The notes under the pieces: model-generated
Databases searched by the model: none
What the model saw: only the letters and a program-made list of their open reading frames with translations
What the model was told of the DNA's origin: nothing
Made by a program: the position numbers and the translations under genes
Origin: Acidobacteriota bacterium
Lineage (GTDB): Bacteria > Acidobacteriota > UBA6911 > RPQK01 > JAJDTT01
DNA length: 64,000 bases
Direction: 5' to 3'
Assembly (NCBI GenBank): GCA_965217775.1
Contig: CBDCJH010000002.1
Location: 4,992,001-5,056,000 of the forward strand
Part shown: in pieces, positions 9,462-20,066 of the stretch
How the letters are laid out: each line of letters begins with the position of its first letter
Position numbering within the stretch: the first letter of the stretch is position 1

Positions 9462-10211
9462 GTGAACACCGGAAATATCGGCCTCCTGGGCTTTGGGCGC
9501 TTCGGACAACTAGTCTACCGCCACCTCCCCGCCGGCAAGGTCGCCGGCGTATTCGACCAGGATCCCGCAAAACTGGCCAGGCTGTCCGATGGCGCCACCC
9601 TGGAGCAGGTGCTCACGGCCAAGTACATCATTCTCGCCACCCCAATCTCCGCCATCGATGCCGTCTGCAAACAGATTTCTCCGGTCCTCAGAACCGGCCA
9701 AGTGGTCGTGGACACCTGCAGCGTCAAACAATATCCCGTCGACTGCATGTTGTCCTTGCTCCCCGCCGGGATTCAGATTTTGGGCACCCACCCCCTCTTC
9801 GGGCCCGACAGTGGCAGGAATGGGATCGGAGGCATGAAGATCGCCGTTTGTCCGGTGCGAATCGACTCTGCGAATTACGGCTGCATACGCGCCTTTCTCC
9901 GCGGCCTCGGCTTGGAGATCATCGAGACGACGCCGCGGGAGCACGACCGCAGACTCGCTCGCACCCAAGCCATATTCCATCTGATCTCCCAGGCGCTGAA
10001 GGAGTTGGATTGGCGGGGGCAGCGACTCTCCACACCGGGCCCGGCTGCTTTCTATCGGCTGGCCGAAACCGTTCAGAACGACACGGCAGAGCTGTTTCTG
10101 GACATGGAGCGGCGCAACCTCTACGCCCGCGCGTGCCGACGACGGTTCATCGGCAAACTGGTCGAGATCGACGAACTTCTCTCCCGGGGCGAGACGTCCG
10201 GGCCGGCTTGA
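9462..10211 (+). CDS. Prephenate/arogenate dehydrogenase family protein
   Basis: GFGRFG, DTCSVK, THPLFGP, EHDR. Confidence 0.88.
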   Translation: MNTGNIGLLGFGRFGQLVYRHLPAGKVAGVFDQDPAKLARLSDGATLEQVLTAKYIILATPISAIDAVCKQISPVLRTGQVVVDTCSVKQYPVDCMLSLLPAGIQILGTHPLFGPDSGRNGIGGMKIAVCPVRIDSANYGCIRAFLRGLGLEIIETTPREHDRRLARTQAIFHLISQALKELDWRGQRLSTPGPAAFYRLAETVQNDTAELFLDMERRNLYARACRRRFIGKLVEIDELLSRGETSGPA

Positions 10212-10217
10212 GAAATC

Positions 10218-10901
10218 ATGACCGCCGAAGCAGTGCACCTGTCGCAGCGCCTTCGTCTGGCTGCAGGGAGTACGGCCGGGTGGGCCCTGATATGGAGCCT
10301 CGGCACGCTCCTTCGGTATCGAGTCGAAGGTTGGGAACATTTTGACCGGTTCAATCGCCAAGGTGTTCCCTTCATCTTCAGCTTCTGGCACAACCAGATC
10401 TTTTGCGCCACCCATTTCTGGCGATTCCGGGAGATCGGCGTGATCACCAGCCAGCACGCCGACGGAGAGTACATCGCTCGCATCATTCGCCGATTCGGGT
10501 ACTTTCCGGCCAGGGGATCCAGCCGCCGGGGCTCTACCCAGGCTCTCCTTCGACTCAAACGCCATCTGGCCGACGGGCGGCCCGTGGGTTTTGCCGTCGA
10601 CGGACCCGTGGGCCCGGTCTACAAGGTCAAGCCGGGGCCGCTCTGGCTCTCCATGAAGACTGGCGTTCCCATCCTTCCGTTCCACATCCAGCCTCACCGG
10701 TTCTGGGCAGGGTCCGGTTGGGACGGGTTTCGAATCCCCAAGCCCTTCTCCCAAGCTCTGGTGAAGATCGGAAAGCCGCTACTGGTGCCTCCCGGACAAT
10801 CCGCCGCGGACTGGCTGCCCAGATATCAGGCAACGATGGACGCCCTCAAGGAATACTGCGAATCCTACCCCTGGAGCCGGAAGAGAGGCCTGGAGGGCTG
10901 A
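10218..10901 (+). CDS. DUF374 / lysophospholipid acyltransferase family protein
   Basis: FWHNQ, SQHADGE, RGSSRRG, DGPVGP, WDGFRIPKPF. Confidence 0.85.
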   Translation: MTAEAVHLSQRLRLAAGSTAGWALIWSLGTLLRYRVEGWEHFDRFNRQGVPFIFSFWHNQIFCATHFWRFREIGVITSQHADGEYIARIIRRFGYFPARGSSRRGSTQALLRLKRHLADGRPVGFAVDGPVGPVYKVKPGPLWLSMKTGVPILPFHIQPHRFWAGSGWDGFRIPKPFSQALVKIGKPLLVPPGQSAADWLPRYQATMDALKEYCESYPWSRKRGLEG

Positions 10902-12330
10902 CCCTGACGTCACGCTGGAAGAAGAACATTTTCCAGGTTGGAATTTCCAACAGGGCTATTCGAAAATTGTATCGCCCCGGCCGTACGAAAAGCTTGTTGG
11001 TGTAGATGATCCCGCGGCCGTCCCGGAGCTCCTTCCTTTCCAAGGTGGCCCTGAAGAACTCTCTCATCCTTACGACTTCCTGCCCGTTCGCATCCACCAG
11101 TTGGCCGATGATTCCCAGTTGGGTTCGGACATCTCCCCCCTTCTCCCGCGACAGCGTATAGGGGCTGATCTTGATGCGGAAGGGCAACCCGACTTTGCCG
11201 GAGATCAGCCCCCTGGGCCGGAGTATGTCGACATCGGCACCCAGCTCGTACCGATCCAGACCCTCGTCCTCGGGTTGTCCCAGCTCGACCTCGCTGTAGA
11301 AGAGGGCCTCGATGAACTTTTTCTTGGCGCGGAGACGGCCGGGTGCCCGAGTGAACGGGCGTGACACCAGTAGATTGGCGTTCCGAGTGGTGACCACGGC
11401 CGGCGAGTCGGGATCGGTCCCCGGCGCCGCGTCGCCGGAGATGCCGATGGAGTAGAGGTTGCCGAAAACGTCGTCGTTGATCTGTGCCAAAGTGGAATCG
11501 AAGTCCAGGATGGTTTCGATTCCGCTGAAGTGCATTCCGCCGGTCTTCGCGGCCAAACGCGCGAAGGCGGCGGCCTTCTCTTCCGCCTTCGGATCTTCCA
11601 CCGCGACGAGTCCCGGAGCCGTCGGCAGCGCCGTCGCCGACGGAACCAGAATGGTATAGATTCTCACCTCCTCGCGTAGGGCCCGGGCCGCGGCCCTCTC
11701 GGCCCGGTGGTAGGCGTCGTCCATCCCGTCGGAGACGAGAATCAACACCTTTCCGTCGCCGGGCCTCGCCCGCGAACCGAGCGGGGCAAGCAATGCCTCC
11801 ACCGACTCGTAGATTGCGGTTCGCCCCTGGTGCGGGCGGGCCGCCGCGAAGGCCTTTTCCGCAAGTTCCTTGCGGGAGGTGAACTCCTGAAATACCAGCA
11901 ACTTGTCGGTAAACCCGAAGACGCCGATCTGGGTGAACAGATGGATGTTGTCCAGGAAGTTCTGGGCGGCCATTATCTCCTCCGCCCTGGTGGCAAAGGT
12001 GCTTCCACTCACGTCCAGAAGGAAAGCAATCCAGAGGCGGCCCAGATCGGGTGTCTGCTTTCGCGGAGGCCGAAAAAAGACGATCTCCCTTTCCCTGCCT
12101 CCCTCGACTACACGGAAGTCCTCCTGGGTCAGGGAGTTGACCAACTTGTTTCGAGAATCTCTGACGGTGAAACGAAGCAGCACCAGATCCACTCTGACCC
12201 GGATCGCTTCGTCCTGAGTCTGGTCCTGTGGAATCGCCCAAGTCGGACCCAGCCAGATCCAGAGAATCGGGGCCAGGATCAGCCGCCTGAGCTGCCCCCA
12301 CCGTCGCCGACTCCGGATCTCACGCTTCAT
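10846..12330 (-). CDS. Secreted acidobacterial-type VWA domain protein
   Basis: Signal peptide, IRVRVDLV..FTVRD, MIDAS motif DVSGS, TAIY, SDGMD. Confidence 0.85.
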   Translation of the reverse strand: MKREIRSRRRWGQLRRLILAPILWIWLGPTWAIPQDQTQDEAIRVRVDLVLLRFTVRDSRNKLVNSLTQEDFRVVEGGREREIVFFRPPRKQTPDLGRLWIAFLLDVSGSTFATRAEEIMAAQNFLDNIHLFTQIGVFGFTDKLLVFQEFTSRKELAEKAFAAARPHQGRTAIYESVEALLAPLGSRARPGDGKVLILVSDGMDDAYHRAERAAARALREEVRIYTILVPSATALPTAPGLVAVEDPKAEEKAAAFARLAAKTGGMHFSGIETILDFDSTLAQINDDVFGNLYSIGISGDAAPGTDPDSPAVVTTRNANLLVSRPFTRAPGRLRAKKKFIEALFYSEVELGQPEDEGLDRYELGADVDILRPRGLISGKVGLPFRIKISPYTLSREKGGDVRTQLGIIGQLVDANGQEVVRMREFFRATLERKELRDGRGIIYTNKLFVRPGRYNFRIALLEIPTWKMFFFQRDVRVSPPGLSSGSRGRIRSIP

Positions 12331-12331
12331 T

Positions 12332-12889
12332 TCAAATTTTCCGGGCACCCACCAAGTGCAGAAACTCACCCCGGGACCGCTGATCATCCCTGAACTTGCC
12401 CAACATGGCGGAAGTCATGATCCGAGCTTGCCGCTTTTCGACCCCTCGCATCAACATGCACAAGTGTTGCGCCTCGACAACGACCGCCACGCCCTTGGGC
12501 CGGATCTTGTTGTTGACGGTCTCGGCAATCTGTTGGGTGAGCCGTTCCTGGACTTGCAGGCGCCGCGCGAACACGTCCACGATTCTCGGAATCTTGCTGA
12601 GCCCGATGACCCGATCCGAAGGAAGGTATCCGACATGGCATCTGCCGAAGAAGGGGAGCAGATGATGTTCGCAAAGGCTATAGACCTCGATGTCTTTGAC
12701 GATGACCATTTCATCGTAGTCCACCTTGAAATAGGCGCCGTTGAGCAACTCGTCCACATCCTGCTCGTATCCTCTGGTCAGGAAACGCATGGCGCGCCCC
12801 ACCCTTTCAGGCGTGCCGACAAGCCCTTCCCGCATGGGGTCCTCTCCTATCTCATGAAGCAACTGCCTCACCAACTCTTCCAAGGCCAA
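12332..12889 (-). CDS. folE: GTP cyclohydrolase I
   Basis: [34 protein letters not shown]. Confidence 0.97.
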   Translation of the reverse strand: MALEELVRQLLHEIGEDPMREGLVGTPERVGRAMRFLTRGYEQDVDELLNGAYFKVDYDEMVIVKDIEVYSLCEHHLLPFFGRCHVGYLPSDRVIGLSKIPRIVDVFARRLQVQERLTQQIAETVNNKIRPKGVAVVVEAQHLCMLMRGVEKRQARIMTSAMLGKFRDDQRSRGEFLHLVGARKI

Positions 12890-12920
12890 CCTCCTGCTAA
12901 TCCCGTTTTCCGAACCTGCG

Positions 12921-13094
12921 TCCTGGGAGCCTGCTCCGCAGAAATTGATCTACTGCGAAAGCGGTAGAATCGGTCCAGATTTCCCCGACTTCTCGGCGAA
13001 TAGAACAACTATGCACCTCAAAATCGAGAAAATCTGCCCTCGATTCCCCACTTTCTCGCTACGATCATTTCTACCGCGCAGACTCCTGGGAGCC
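12921..13094. repeat. Intergenic element with 11-bp direct repeats and imperfect inverted ends (MITE relic or structured leader)
   Basis: TCCTGGGAGCC at 12921-12931 and 13084-13094; CTGCTCCGCAGAAATTGATC versus reverse complement of GATCATTTCTACCGCGCAG. Confidence 0.5.
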
Positions 13095-13098
13095 AGTG

Positions 13099-13440
13099 TC
13101 AACCCGGAGGCCAGCCCAGGTGTCGACCGCCCAGAACATGGGCGTGAATGTGAAACACGCTCTGCCCGGCAGCGCCGCCGTTGTTCAGAACGACACGATA
13201 GCCCGAGGCCAACCCTTCAACGCGCGCTACCACCTTGGCGAGCAGCAACAGCCGGCCAAGCAGGACGGCGTCTTTCTCCGCCGCTTCGCCCAAAGAACCA
13301 ATGTGCTTCTTGGGAATCACCAGGATATGGATGGGCGCCTGTGGGCTGATGTCTCGAAACGCCAGGGCCCATTCGTCCTCCGCCACCACAGCCGCGCCAA
13401 GTTCCCCGCTCACGATCCGGCAGAACAGGCAATCACTCAC
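13099..13440 (-). CDS. Histidine triad (HIT) nucleotide-binding protein
   Basis: DCLFC, DISPQAPIH, HIHAH; GTG start at 13440. Confidence 0.93.
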   Translation of the reverse strand: MSDCLFCRIVSGELGAAVVAEDEWALAFRDISPQAPIHILVIPKKHIGSLGEAAEKDAVLLGRLLLLAKVVARVEGLASGYRVVLNNGGAAGQSVFHIHAHVLGGRHLGWPPG

Positions 13441-13441
13441 G

Positions 13442-14350
13442 CTACACCTCGCCCTGGTTCCCCCGGACCAACACCAGACAACGTTCGATGCCCGCCAGAT
13501 CCTTCCGGACCTCCACGTCGCGCCAGCCCCAACGCCGTGCCGATCGGCAGACACGCGCCTTGGCACCCGCGCCGATCTCCAAAACCAGCGGAGCTGACGG
13601 TTCCATTACCGGCGGACATCCTTCCATCACCGCTTCGTACATCTCCATGCCGTCTCGCCTCGCAAAGACGGCCTCGCGGGGCTCATGGGCGGCGACCGAC
13701 CGGTCGACCCTTCCGCGGTCGGATGTTGCGACGTAGGGGGGGTTCGACACCAGCAGGTCCCAACGGTCCGCCCGCCCAGCCACCGGCGCCAAGTCTCGCC
13801 CTTCCAGAAACTCGACCCGGGACTCGCAGCCGTAGCGCGACGCGTTCTCCCTCGCCACCGCCAGGGCGCGGCGCGAAACGTCCGTGGCCGTTACCCGGAG
13901 CCGCTGCCGTTCGGCGGCCAACGTCACCGCTATGGCCCCCGAACCCGTTCCCACATCGAGCACTCGCGGATCCGCTTGGGCCATGCCGTCGAGCCACTCC
14001 AAACAGACATCCACCAACAGTTCCGTTTCCGGACGCGGAATCAGCACTCCCGGCCCAACCGCGAAACTCCTTCCGTAGAACTCCTGATGCCCCAACAAAT
14101 ACTGGAGCGGATAATGCTCGCCTCGTTTCCGGAGCCAGCTCTCCCATCTCGCGGCCTCGCCGCCGGCCAATCGCAATCCGGGGTGCGCCAACAGGTAGGC
14201 TCGGGGACGCGCCAGAATGGAACCAAGCATCAGCTCTGCGTCCAGACGAGGAAAACGGATTCCATGTCGCCTGAGATGCGAAGTTCCCTGCCGAACCGCC
14301 TCCCCCACCGTCATCCCCGCCGGAATCCTTTCCAGACGCGATTCAAGCAA
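13442..14350 (-). CDS. prmC: Release factor glutamine methyltransferase
   Basis: VLIPRPETE, DVGTGSG, SNPPY; directly downstream of prfA. Confidence 0.95.
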   Translation of the reverse strand: MLESRLERIPAGMTVGEAVRQGTSHLRRHGIRFPRLDAELMLGSILARPRAYLLAHPGLRLAGGEAARWESWLRKRGEHYPLQYLLGHQEFYGRSFAVGPGVLIPRPETELLVDVCLEWLDGMAQADPRVLDVGTGSGAIAVTLAAERQRLRVTATDVSRRALAVARENASRYGCESRVEFLEGRDLAPVAGRADRWDLLVSNPPYVATSDRGRVDRSVAAHEPREAVFARRDGMEMYEAVMEGCPPVMEPSAPLVLEIGAGAKARVCRSARRWGWRDVEVRKDLAGIERCLVLVRGNQGEV

Positions 14351-15416
14351 TTTTCTGTGCCTTCAGCGCTTCTGCCTCATCATAAGCGATCAGGGGATCG
14401 AGAATGTCGTCGAGAGAGCCCCCCAGCACGGCCTCCAGACGGTGCAACGAGACACCGACCCTGTGGTCGGTGATGCGATTCTGGGGAAAGTTGTAGGTCC
14501 GGATCTTCTCGCTGCGGTCGCCGGTGCCGACCAAGGCGCGGCGTGTGGCCGCCACCTCATCGTGCCGTTCCCGGAGAGCCCGCTCGTACAACCGGGACCG
14601 CAACACCTTGAGCGCCTTGTTCTTGTTCTTGAACTGCGACTTCTCGTCCTGGCAGGTCACGACCTCGCCGCTGGGAATGTGAGTGATACGCACGGCTGAG
14701 TAAGTCGTGTTCACCGACTGGCCACCGGGACCGGAGGAACAGTAAGTGTCCCACCGCAGATCCTTGGGGTGGATCCTGATGTCGACGTCATCCGCTTCCG
14801 GCAAAACGGCAACCGTCACGGCGGAGGTGTGAACCCTTCCCTGAGTCTCCGTTTCCGGCACCCGTTGGACCCGATGCACGCCGCTCTCAAATTTCAGGCG
14901 ACCGTAGACCTGCTTGCCTTCGATGGTGGCGCTCACTTCCTTCAGTCCGCCCGCATCGGTGGCATGCGCGGCGATAATATCCACCCTCCACCCGTGCGAC
15001 TCGGCATACCTTCCGTACATACGGAACATTTCCTGTGCGAACAGGCTGGCTTCGGCGCCTCCCGTGCCGGCACGAATCTCCAGGATGGCATTCTTTTCGT
15101 CGTTGGGGTCCCGGGGCAGGAGCAGGACACGCAACTCCTCTTCCTGCTCGGAGACGCGAGTCTCCAGCGTCCCCAACTCGCCTCTCGCCAATTCCGCCAA
15201 CTCGGAGTCCGCCTCGGCCCGAGCCATCTCCTTGAGATCCTTCACCTCGCGCACGGCTCCCCGGTACTCCCTGTATTTTTCGACCAGTGGCCGCAACTCC
15301 GAATACGTTTTCGCAGCCTCCCGGTAACGATCCCGGGAGGCAACGACACGCGGATCTCCCAATTGTCGGGAAACCTCCTCGTAGCTTGCTTCCAGGGCAC
15401 GCAATTTCTCTAACAT
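14343..15416 (-). CDS. prfA: Peptide chain release factor 1
   Basis: GGQ motif, ESGVHRVQRVPETE (PxT), IRTYNFPQ. Confidence 0.97.
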   Translation of the reverse strand: MLEKLRALEASYEEVSRQLGDPRVVASRDRYREAAKTYSELRPLVEKYREYRGAVREVKDLKEMARAEADSELAELARGELGTLETRVSEQEEELRVLLLPRDPNDEKNAILEIRAGTGGAEASLFAQEMFRMYGRYAESHGWRVDIIAAHATDAGGLKEVSATIEGKQVYGRLKFESGVHRVQRVPETETQGRVHTSAVTVAVLPEADDVDIRIHPKDLRWDTYCSSGPGGQSVNTTYSAVRITHIPSGEVVTCQDEKSQFKNKNKALKVLRSRLYERALRERHDEVAATRRALVGTGDRSEKIRTYNFPQNRITDHRVGVSLHRLEAVLGGSLDDILDPLIAYDEAEALKAQKIA

Positions 15417-15544
15417 GGCGGGGACTTTCGGAGACATGTCTCCCCAGCTCCGGTTTGAGGTTCCAGGGTCCCGGGGCGAGAGTCGCCACAGCATTCGGGC
15501 GCAACACCGGCGCCAGTGCGACGCTGGACCGTCACCGCGGGCTC

Positions 15545-15751
15545 CTATCGGATGAGGCCGTACTTCCTCTGGAACCGCTCTACGCGGCCTGCGGTGTCTA
15601 TCAGCTTCTGCTTACCGGTGAAAAAGGGGTGACAACTGGAACAGATATCGAGGCGCAGTTGGCCACTCTGGGTGGATCGGGTCTCCCAACCCGCGCCGCA
15701 CGCACAGCGCACCGTGACGACGTCGTAGTCGGGATGGATGCCTGCTTTCAT
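15545..15751 (-). CDS. rpmE: 50S ribosomal protein L31 (Zn-binding type)
   Basis: [27 protein letters not shown]. Confidence 0.97.
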   Translation of the reverse strand: MKAGIHPDYDVVTVRCACGAGWETRSTQSGQLRLDICSSCHPFFTGKQKLIDTAGRVERFQRKYGLIR

Positions 15752-15958
15752 CTCTGACCGCTCCCCTTTCTCACTCGCCTCGTACGCAGATGCCGAGGAG
15801 TTTAGCAAATCGGCCGCTTCGAGTCGAGCCGGCCCACGCCGAGAGGCGGAGCTTCCCTGGAACCGGGGCGATGGCGAAACCACCGCCGGCGACTCGCTTC
15901 TCACCTTCTCGACCCGGCGGGCGACGGCTCCTTGACAATACGGACGACCGGGGGTTAA

Positions 15959-16055
15959 CAGCCCGTGGCAAAAGTCGTCACGGCATTCGACCGTCCCTGC
16001 ATCCCGGCGGGCGCAGGACCGGTCTCGGTGCTCGCGCGACTTTCACCACGGACTG
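15959..16055. mobile_element. MITE copy 1 (97-bp internally deleted form)
   Basis: Ends CAGCCCGTGGCAAAAG and CTTTCACCACGGACTG, TTAA duplicated on both sides; matches copies at 46008 and 49142. Confidence 0.9.
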
Positions 16056-16210
16056 TTAATGATCAACCTCTCGCCCCGGGGCGGTTGCGGAAGGCAGACT
16101 GAATATCCTATCCTGAATACCCCCTCTTTGAATTTGTCGGCCGGTGAGGAGGGGGGAAGTTTGCAGTCCGTCAGGAAAGTAGGCGCCGGCTGGCAGGAGG
16201 AACATTGCGG

Positions 16211-17995
16211 ATGGCTCCAACTGGAACCGACAAAGGGCTTGAACGCCTGATTGCTGCGGGGCTCTCGAACGTCGCGCTCCCCACCATCGAGGTCGCCGAC
16301 GACCTCGATTACGACGCGTTGGTGCAAGCGTACGATTCGAGCTTCAAGAACCTTTCCGAGGGCGAGGTGATCCCCGGAACGGTCATCGACGTCACCGATT
16401 CCCATGTTTTAGTCGATATTGGATTCAAGTCCGAAGGCTTGGTTCCCATCAGTGAGTTCCGTGAGCGGGGCGGCGTCGTCAACGTCAAGCCCGGCGATAC
16501 CGTAGATGTTCTGATGGAGATTTCGGAGACGTTGGACGGCGGCGTGATTCTCTCTCGCGAGAAGGCGGAGAGAATGAAGATCTGGGATAGCATCGAGCGC
16601 GCCTATCAGGAACAGGCGGTGATCCAGGGGCGCGTTATCGAGCGGGTGAAGGGGGGACTGTCCGTCGATATTGGCGTTCGTGCCTTCCTGCCGGGCTCTC
16701 AGGTCGACATGCATCCGGTACGTAATCTGGACAGCTTGCGCGACCAGGAACTCCAACTCCGGGTGATCAAGGTAAACAAGCGCCGCGGCAACATTGTCCT
16801 TTCGCGAAAGGCGGTCTTGCAGGAAGAATACCTCAAGCGCAAGGAGGAAACCCTCCGCAGCCTGGAAGAGGGGAAGGTCAGGTCCGGGGTCGTGAAGAAC
16901 ATCACCGACTACGGCGCCTTTGTCGACCTGGGCGGCATCGACGGCCTGCTGCACATCACCGACATGTCCTGGGGCCGGGTCAACCACCCCTCCGACCTCT
17001 TCAAGATAGGAGACGAAATCGACGTCAAGATTCTCAAATTCGACAAAATCGACGAGAAAGTCTCCCTGGGATACAAGCAACTCACTGCTGACCCCTGGTA
17101 CACGGTGGCCCAGCGTTACCCACGCGGTTCCCGTGTCCCCTCGGTGGTCGTCAGCATTACCGACTACGGCGCCTTCGTCGAACTGGAGGAGGGTGTCGAG
17201 GGGCTCATCCACATCTCCGAAATGACCTGGAACCGCCGGATCAAGCATCCGTCCAAGATCCTTTCCGTACGCGACCAGGTCCAGGCTGTCGTCCTCGATG
17301 TCGACGCCAAGGCCAGACGCATCTCCATGGGCATGAAGCAGACCGAACCGAATCCCTGGGACTCGGTCGAGGAGCGCTACGCGATCAATTCCGTCGTCGC
17401 CGGCACCGTCCGAAACCTGACCGATTTCGGCGCCTTTGTGGAGGTGGAGGAGGGAATCGAGGGTTTGGTCCATATCTCCGACCTGAGTTGGACGAAAAAG
17501 ATCAAGCACCCGTCGGAGGTTCTCAAGAAAGGGGATGAGGTCACGGCTGTGGTTCTGAGTGTCGACGGCGAAAACCAGCGCCTTTCGCTCGGGATCAAGC
17601 AACTGGGACCCGACAAGTGGGAGGACTTTTTCTCCCGGCACCAAGTCCGCGACCGGGTGCTGGGCAAGGTCGTCCGGTTGACCTCGTTTGGCGCGTTCGT
17701 GGAGCTGGACGAGGGCGTGGAAGGTCTCTGCCACATCTCCGAACTGTCCGAGGATCGCGTCGACGACCCCACATCCCACGTCTCGGTAGGCCAGGAACTC
17801 GATTTCGAGATCATCAAGCTCAACCTCCTCGAGCGGAAAATCGGGCTGTCCCTGAAGGCGCTGGTCGAGCGCAGCCACCGGGAAACCTGGTCTTACCGTC
17901 CGGAAGTGGGCAAGACCTCCATTGGAGAATTGGCGGGTCGCCAACTGGGTGGTCTCAAGCAGCGGGCCATCGACGCAGCGAGAACCAAGAAATGA
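16211..17995 (+). CDS. rpsA: 30S ribosomal protein S1
   Basis: Repeated S1 domains (YGAFVDL/FGAFVE, GLLHI/GLIHISE); SD AGGAGG. Confidence 0.97.
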   Translation: MAPTGTDKGLERLIAAGLSNVALPTIEVADDLDYDALVQAYDSSFKNLSEGEVIPGTVIDVTDSHVLVDIGFKSEGLVPISEFRERGGVVNVKPGDTVDVLMEISETLDGGVILSREKAERMKIWDSIERAYQEQAVIQGRVIERVKGGLSVDIGVRAFLPGSQVDMHPVRNLDSLRDQELQLRVIKVNKRRGNIVLSRKAVLQEEYLKRKEETLRSLEEGKVRSGVVKNITDYGAFVDLGGIDGLLHITDMSWGRVNHPSDLFKIGDEIDVKILKFDKIDEKVSLGYKQLTADPWYTVAQRYPRGSRVPSVVVSITDYGAFVELEEGVEGLIHISEMTWNRRIKHPSKILSVRDQVQAVVLDVDAKARRISMGMKQTEPNPWDSVEERYAINSVVAGTVRNLTDFGAFVEVEEGIEGLVHISDLSWTKKIKHPSEVLKKGDEVTAVVLSVDGENQRLSLGIKQLGPDKWEDFFSRHQVRDRVLGKVVRLTSFGAFVELDEGVEGLCHISELSEDRVDDPTSHVSVGQELDFEIIKLNLLERKIGLSLKALVERSHRETWSYRPEVGKTSIGELAGRQLGGLKQRAIDAARTKK

Positions 17996-18267
17996 CTAAA
18001 GCCCAGCTGGTTGAGCGAGTCGCCGGTGACTCAAGCCTCACCAGAAAGGAGGCCGAGGTCGTCGTCCAGGCCGTCCTCGACAGCATCGTCCAATCTCTGA
18101 AAGGCGGCACCAAAGTCGAGTTGCGGGGATTCGGCAGCTTCCGGCTGCGCCACCGCGCGGCACGCATCGGCCGCAACCCCAAGACCGGCGCCAAGGTCCA
18201 CGTTCCCGCCAAGCGGGTCCCTTATTTCAAGCCGGGCAAGGACCTGAAAGAGTTGATCAATTCCTGA
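17992..18267 (+). CDS. IHF beta / HU family DNA-binding protein
   Basis: MTKAQL, VELRGFGSF, GRNPKTG, FKPGK; ATGA overlap with rpsA. Confidence 0.94.
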   Translation: MTKAQLVERVAGDSSLTRKEAEVVVQAVLDSIVQSLKGGTKVELRGFGSFRLRHRAARIGRNPKTGAKVHVPAKRVPYFKPGKDLKELINS

Positions 18268-18740
18268 GCGGCTCCCGCGTTCGGCAACTCGCTGCCGGCC
18301 TCCGTTCATGCTCAGCCGCCGATAGTTCCCGGTGGCTTGCTTGGCGACTCCTCGTCAGCATCGTGGCGCAGGCGTCGAAGCAGCGACCCAAAAATCACCC
18401 AAAACGTCAAAAAAACACCCAAGCGGTCCCGACCGCGTACCACGCGCGGACCCGATGTTGACGCAATCTTCACAAAACCCTTGCGAGAACTGAAAAAATC
18501 GGATTCCCTGTCACACAACCTCACCGAACAACTCGTTTTTGTCCCCTAAGTTATTGGATCAAAAAGTATATCCAGTACTCATCCGGGTAGCATCCAGGAC
18601 CACGAAAGAAACTTCTTTCGCCTCCGAAACCGACTGTGCTACCTTAATTCGGCCCGAAACAGTAAATGACCGTGGGCTGTGCGCCGCCGCCCATTTCTTC
18701 TTTGCAGAGCCCACAGAACTTTCAGGGGAGACTGCCAGCT

Positions 18741-20066
18741 TTGGATTTATGGCGGGACATCGTAGCTTCCCTTGAAGCAGCAGGACAGATCTCACCCGAG
18801 AATCTGGCAGTCTACTTCCAAGCGACCTCCCAGGTCCGCTACGACCATGGTGATCGGCGCCTTGTGGTTCGGGTTCCGAACAGCCGCTTCAGCAGGTGGA
18901 TCTCCCACCAGTACGGCGATCTCCTGAAGGCGAAGATGGAAGAGATGGGGTTTCCAAATGCGGAAATCGTTTTCCAGGCAGATCTCGGCGAACCGCAATC
19001 AAGCCTGATCTCGTCACCTCATCTGTTGGGCTCCTACATCGGCGCGGCCGATTGCGACCTGAACCAACGTTACACGTTTGCCAACTTCGTCGTCGGTTCG
19101 AGCAACCAATTCGCCCGCGCCGCCGCTCTCGCAGTCGCGGAACGTCCTTCCAGGAGCTACAACCCTCTCTTTCTCTACGGTGGGGTGGGTCTGGGAAAAA
19201 CTCATCTCATGCACGCTATCGGGCACTCGATCAAGATTGAATTTCCCAGTGTGAATCTCGCCTACGTGCCCTCGGAGCGTTTCACCAATGACTTGGTCAC
19301 CTCCATCCGTTACGACCGGACGCCCGGTTTTCGACAGAAATACCGGAACATCGACGTCCTGCTGATGGACGATGTTCAGTTCCTCGCAGGCAAGGAGAAG
19401 ACTCAAGAGGAGTTCTTCCACACCTTCAACAGCCTGTACGACGCCCAAAAGCAGATCGTCATCTCCAGCGATTCCCCTCCTCACGAAATCCCGACCCTGG
19501 AGGAGCGTCTCCATAGCCGCTTCCAGTGGGGACTGATTGCCGACATACAAGCTCCGGATCTGGAAACCAAGGTCGCCATTCTTCGGAACAAGGCGGCCTT
19601 GCAACGGGTGGAACTTCCTGACGACGTTGCTTTCTTCATCTCGAGCAACACCAAGTCCAACATTCGCCAACTTGAAGGATCCCTCATTCGCCTCATCGCC
19701 TACAGTAGTCTGATCGGCGAGGAGATCACCCTCGACTTGGCCCAATCCACCCTCAAGGATCTTGCCGCGTCCGCGCAGCGAGTGATCACCATCGGAGAAA
19801 TTCAACGGGTCGTCGCCCGACACCACTCCCTGACCGTGTCCCAGCTCGTGAGTCGAAGCAACTCCCCGAGAATCGTGGTTCCAAGACAGATCGCCATGTA
19901 CCTCTGCAAGGAGTTGACGCCGGCCTCTCTGCCTCAGACCGGCCGAGCGTTCGGCGGCCGGCATCACACGACCGTGCTCCACGCCGTCCGGAAGATCTCT
20001 CGGCTCATCAAGAAGGACCCGCTGCTGGATTCCACCGTCAACAAGCTGACCGACCAAGTTTCATGA
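18741..20066 (+). CDS. dnaA: Chromosomal replication initiator DnaA (TTG start inferred)
   Basis: YTFANFVVG, NPLFLYGGVGLGKTHL, LMDDVQF, RQIAMYL. Confidence 0.97.
   Translation: MDLWRDIVASLEAAGQISPENLAVYFQATSQVRYDHGDRRLVVRVPNSRFSRWISHQYGDLLKAKMEEMGFPNAEIVFQADLGEPQSSLISSPHLLGSYIGAADCDLNQRYTFANFVVGSSNQFARAAALAVAERPSRSYNPLFLYGGVGLGKTHLMHAIGHSIKIEFPSVNLAYVPSERFTNDLVTSIRYDRTPGFRQKYRNIDVLLMDDVQFLAGKEKTQEEFFHTFNSLYDAQKQIVISSDSPPHEIPTLEERLHSRFQWGLIADIQAPDLETKVAILRNKAALQRVELPDDVAFFISSNTKSNIRQLEGSLIRLIAYSSLIGEEITLDLAQSTLKDLAASAQRVITIGEIQRVVARHHSLTVSQLVSRSNSPRIVVPRQIAMYLCKELTPASLPQTGRAFGGRHHTTVLHAVRKISRLIKKDPLLDSTVNKLTDQVS

Noticed and set aside
18312-18795. Short ORFs upstream of dnaA as rpmH or leader peptides
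   Set aside because: None resembles L34; composition looks non-coding
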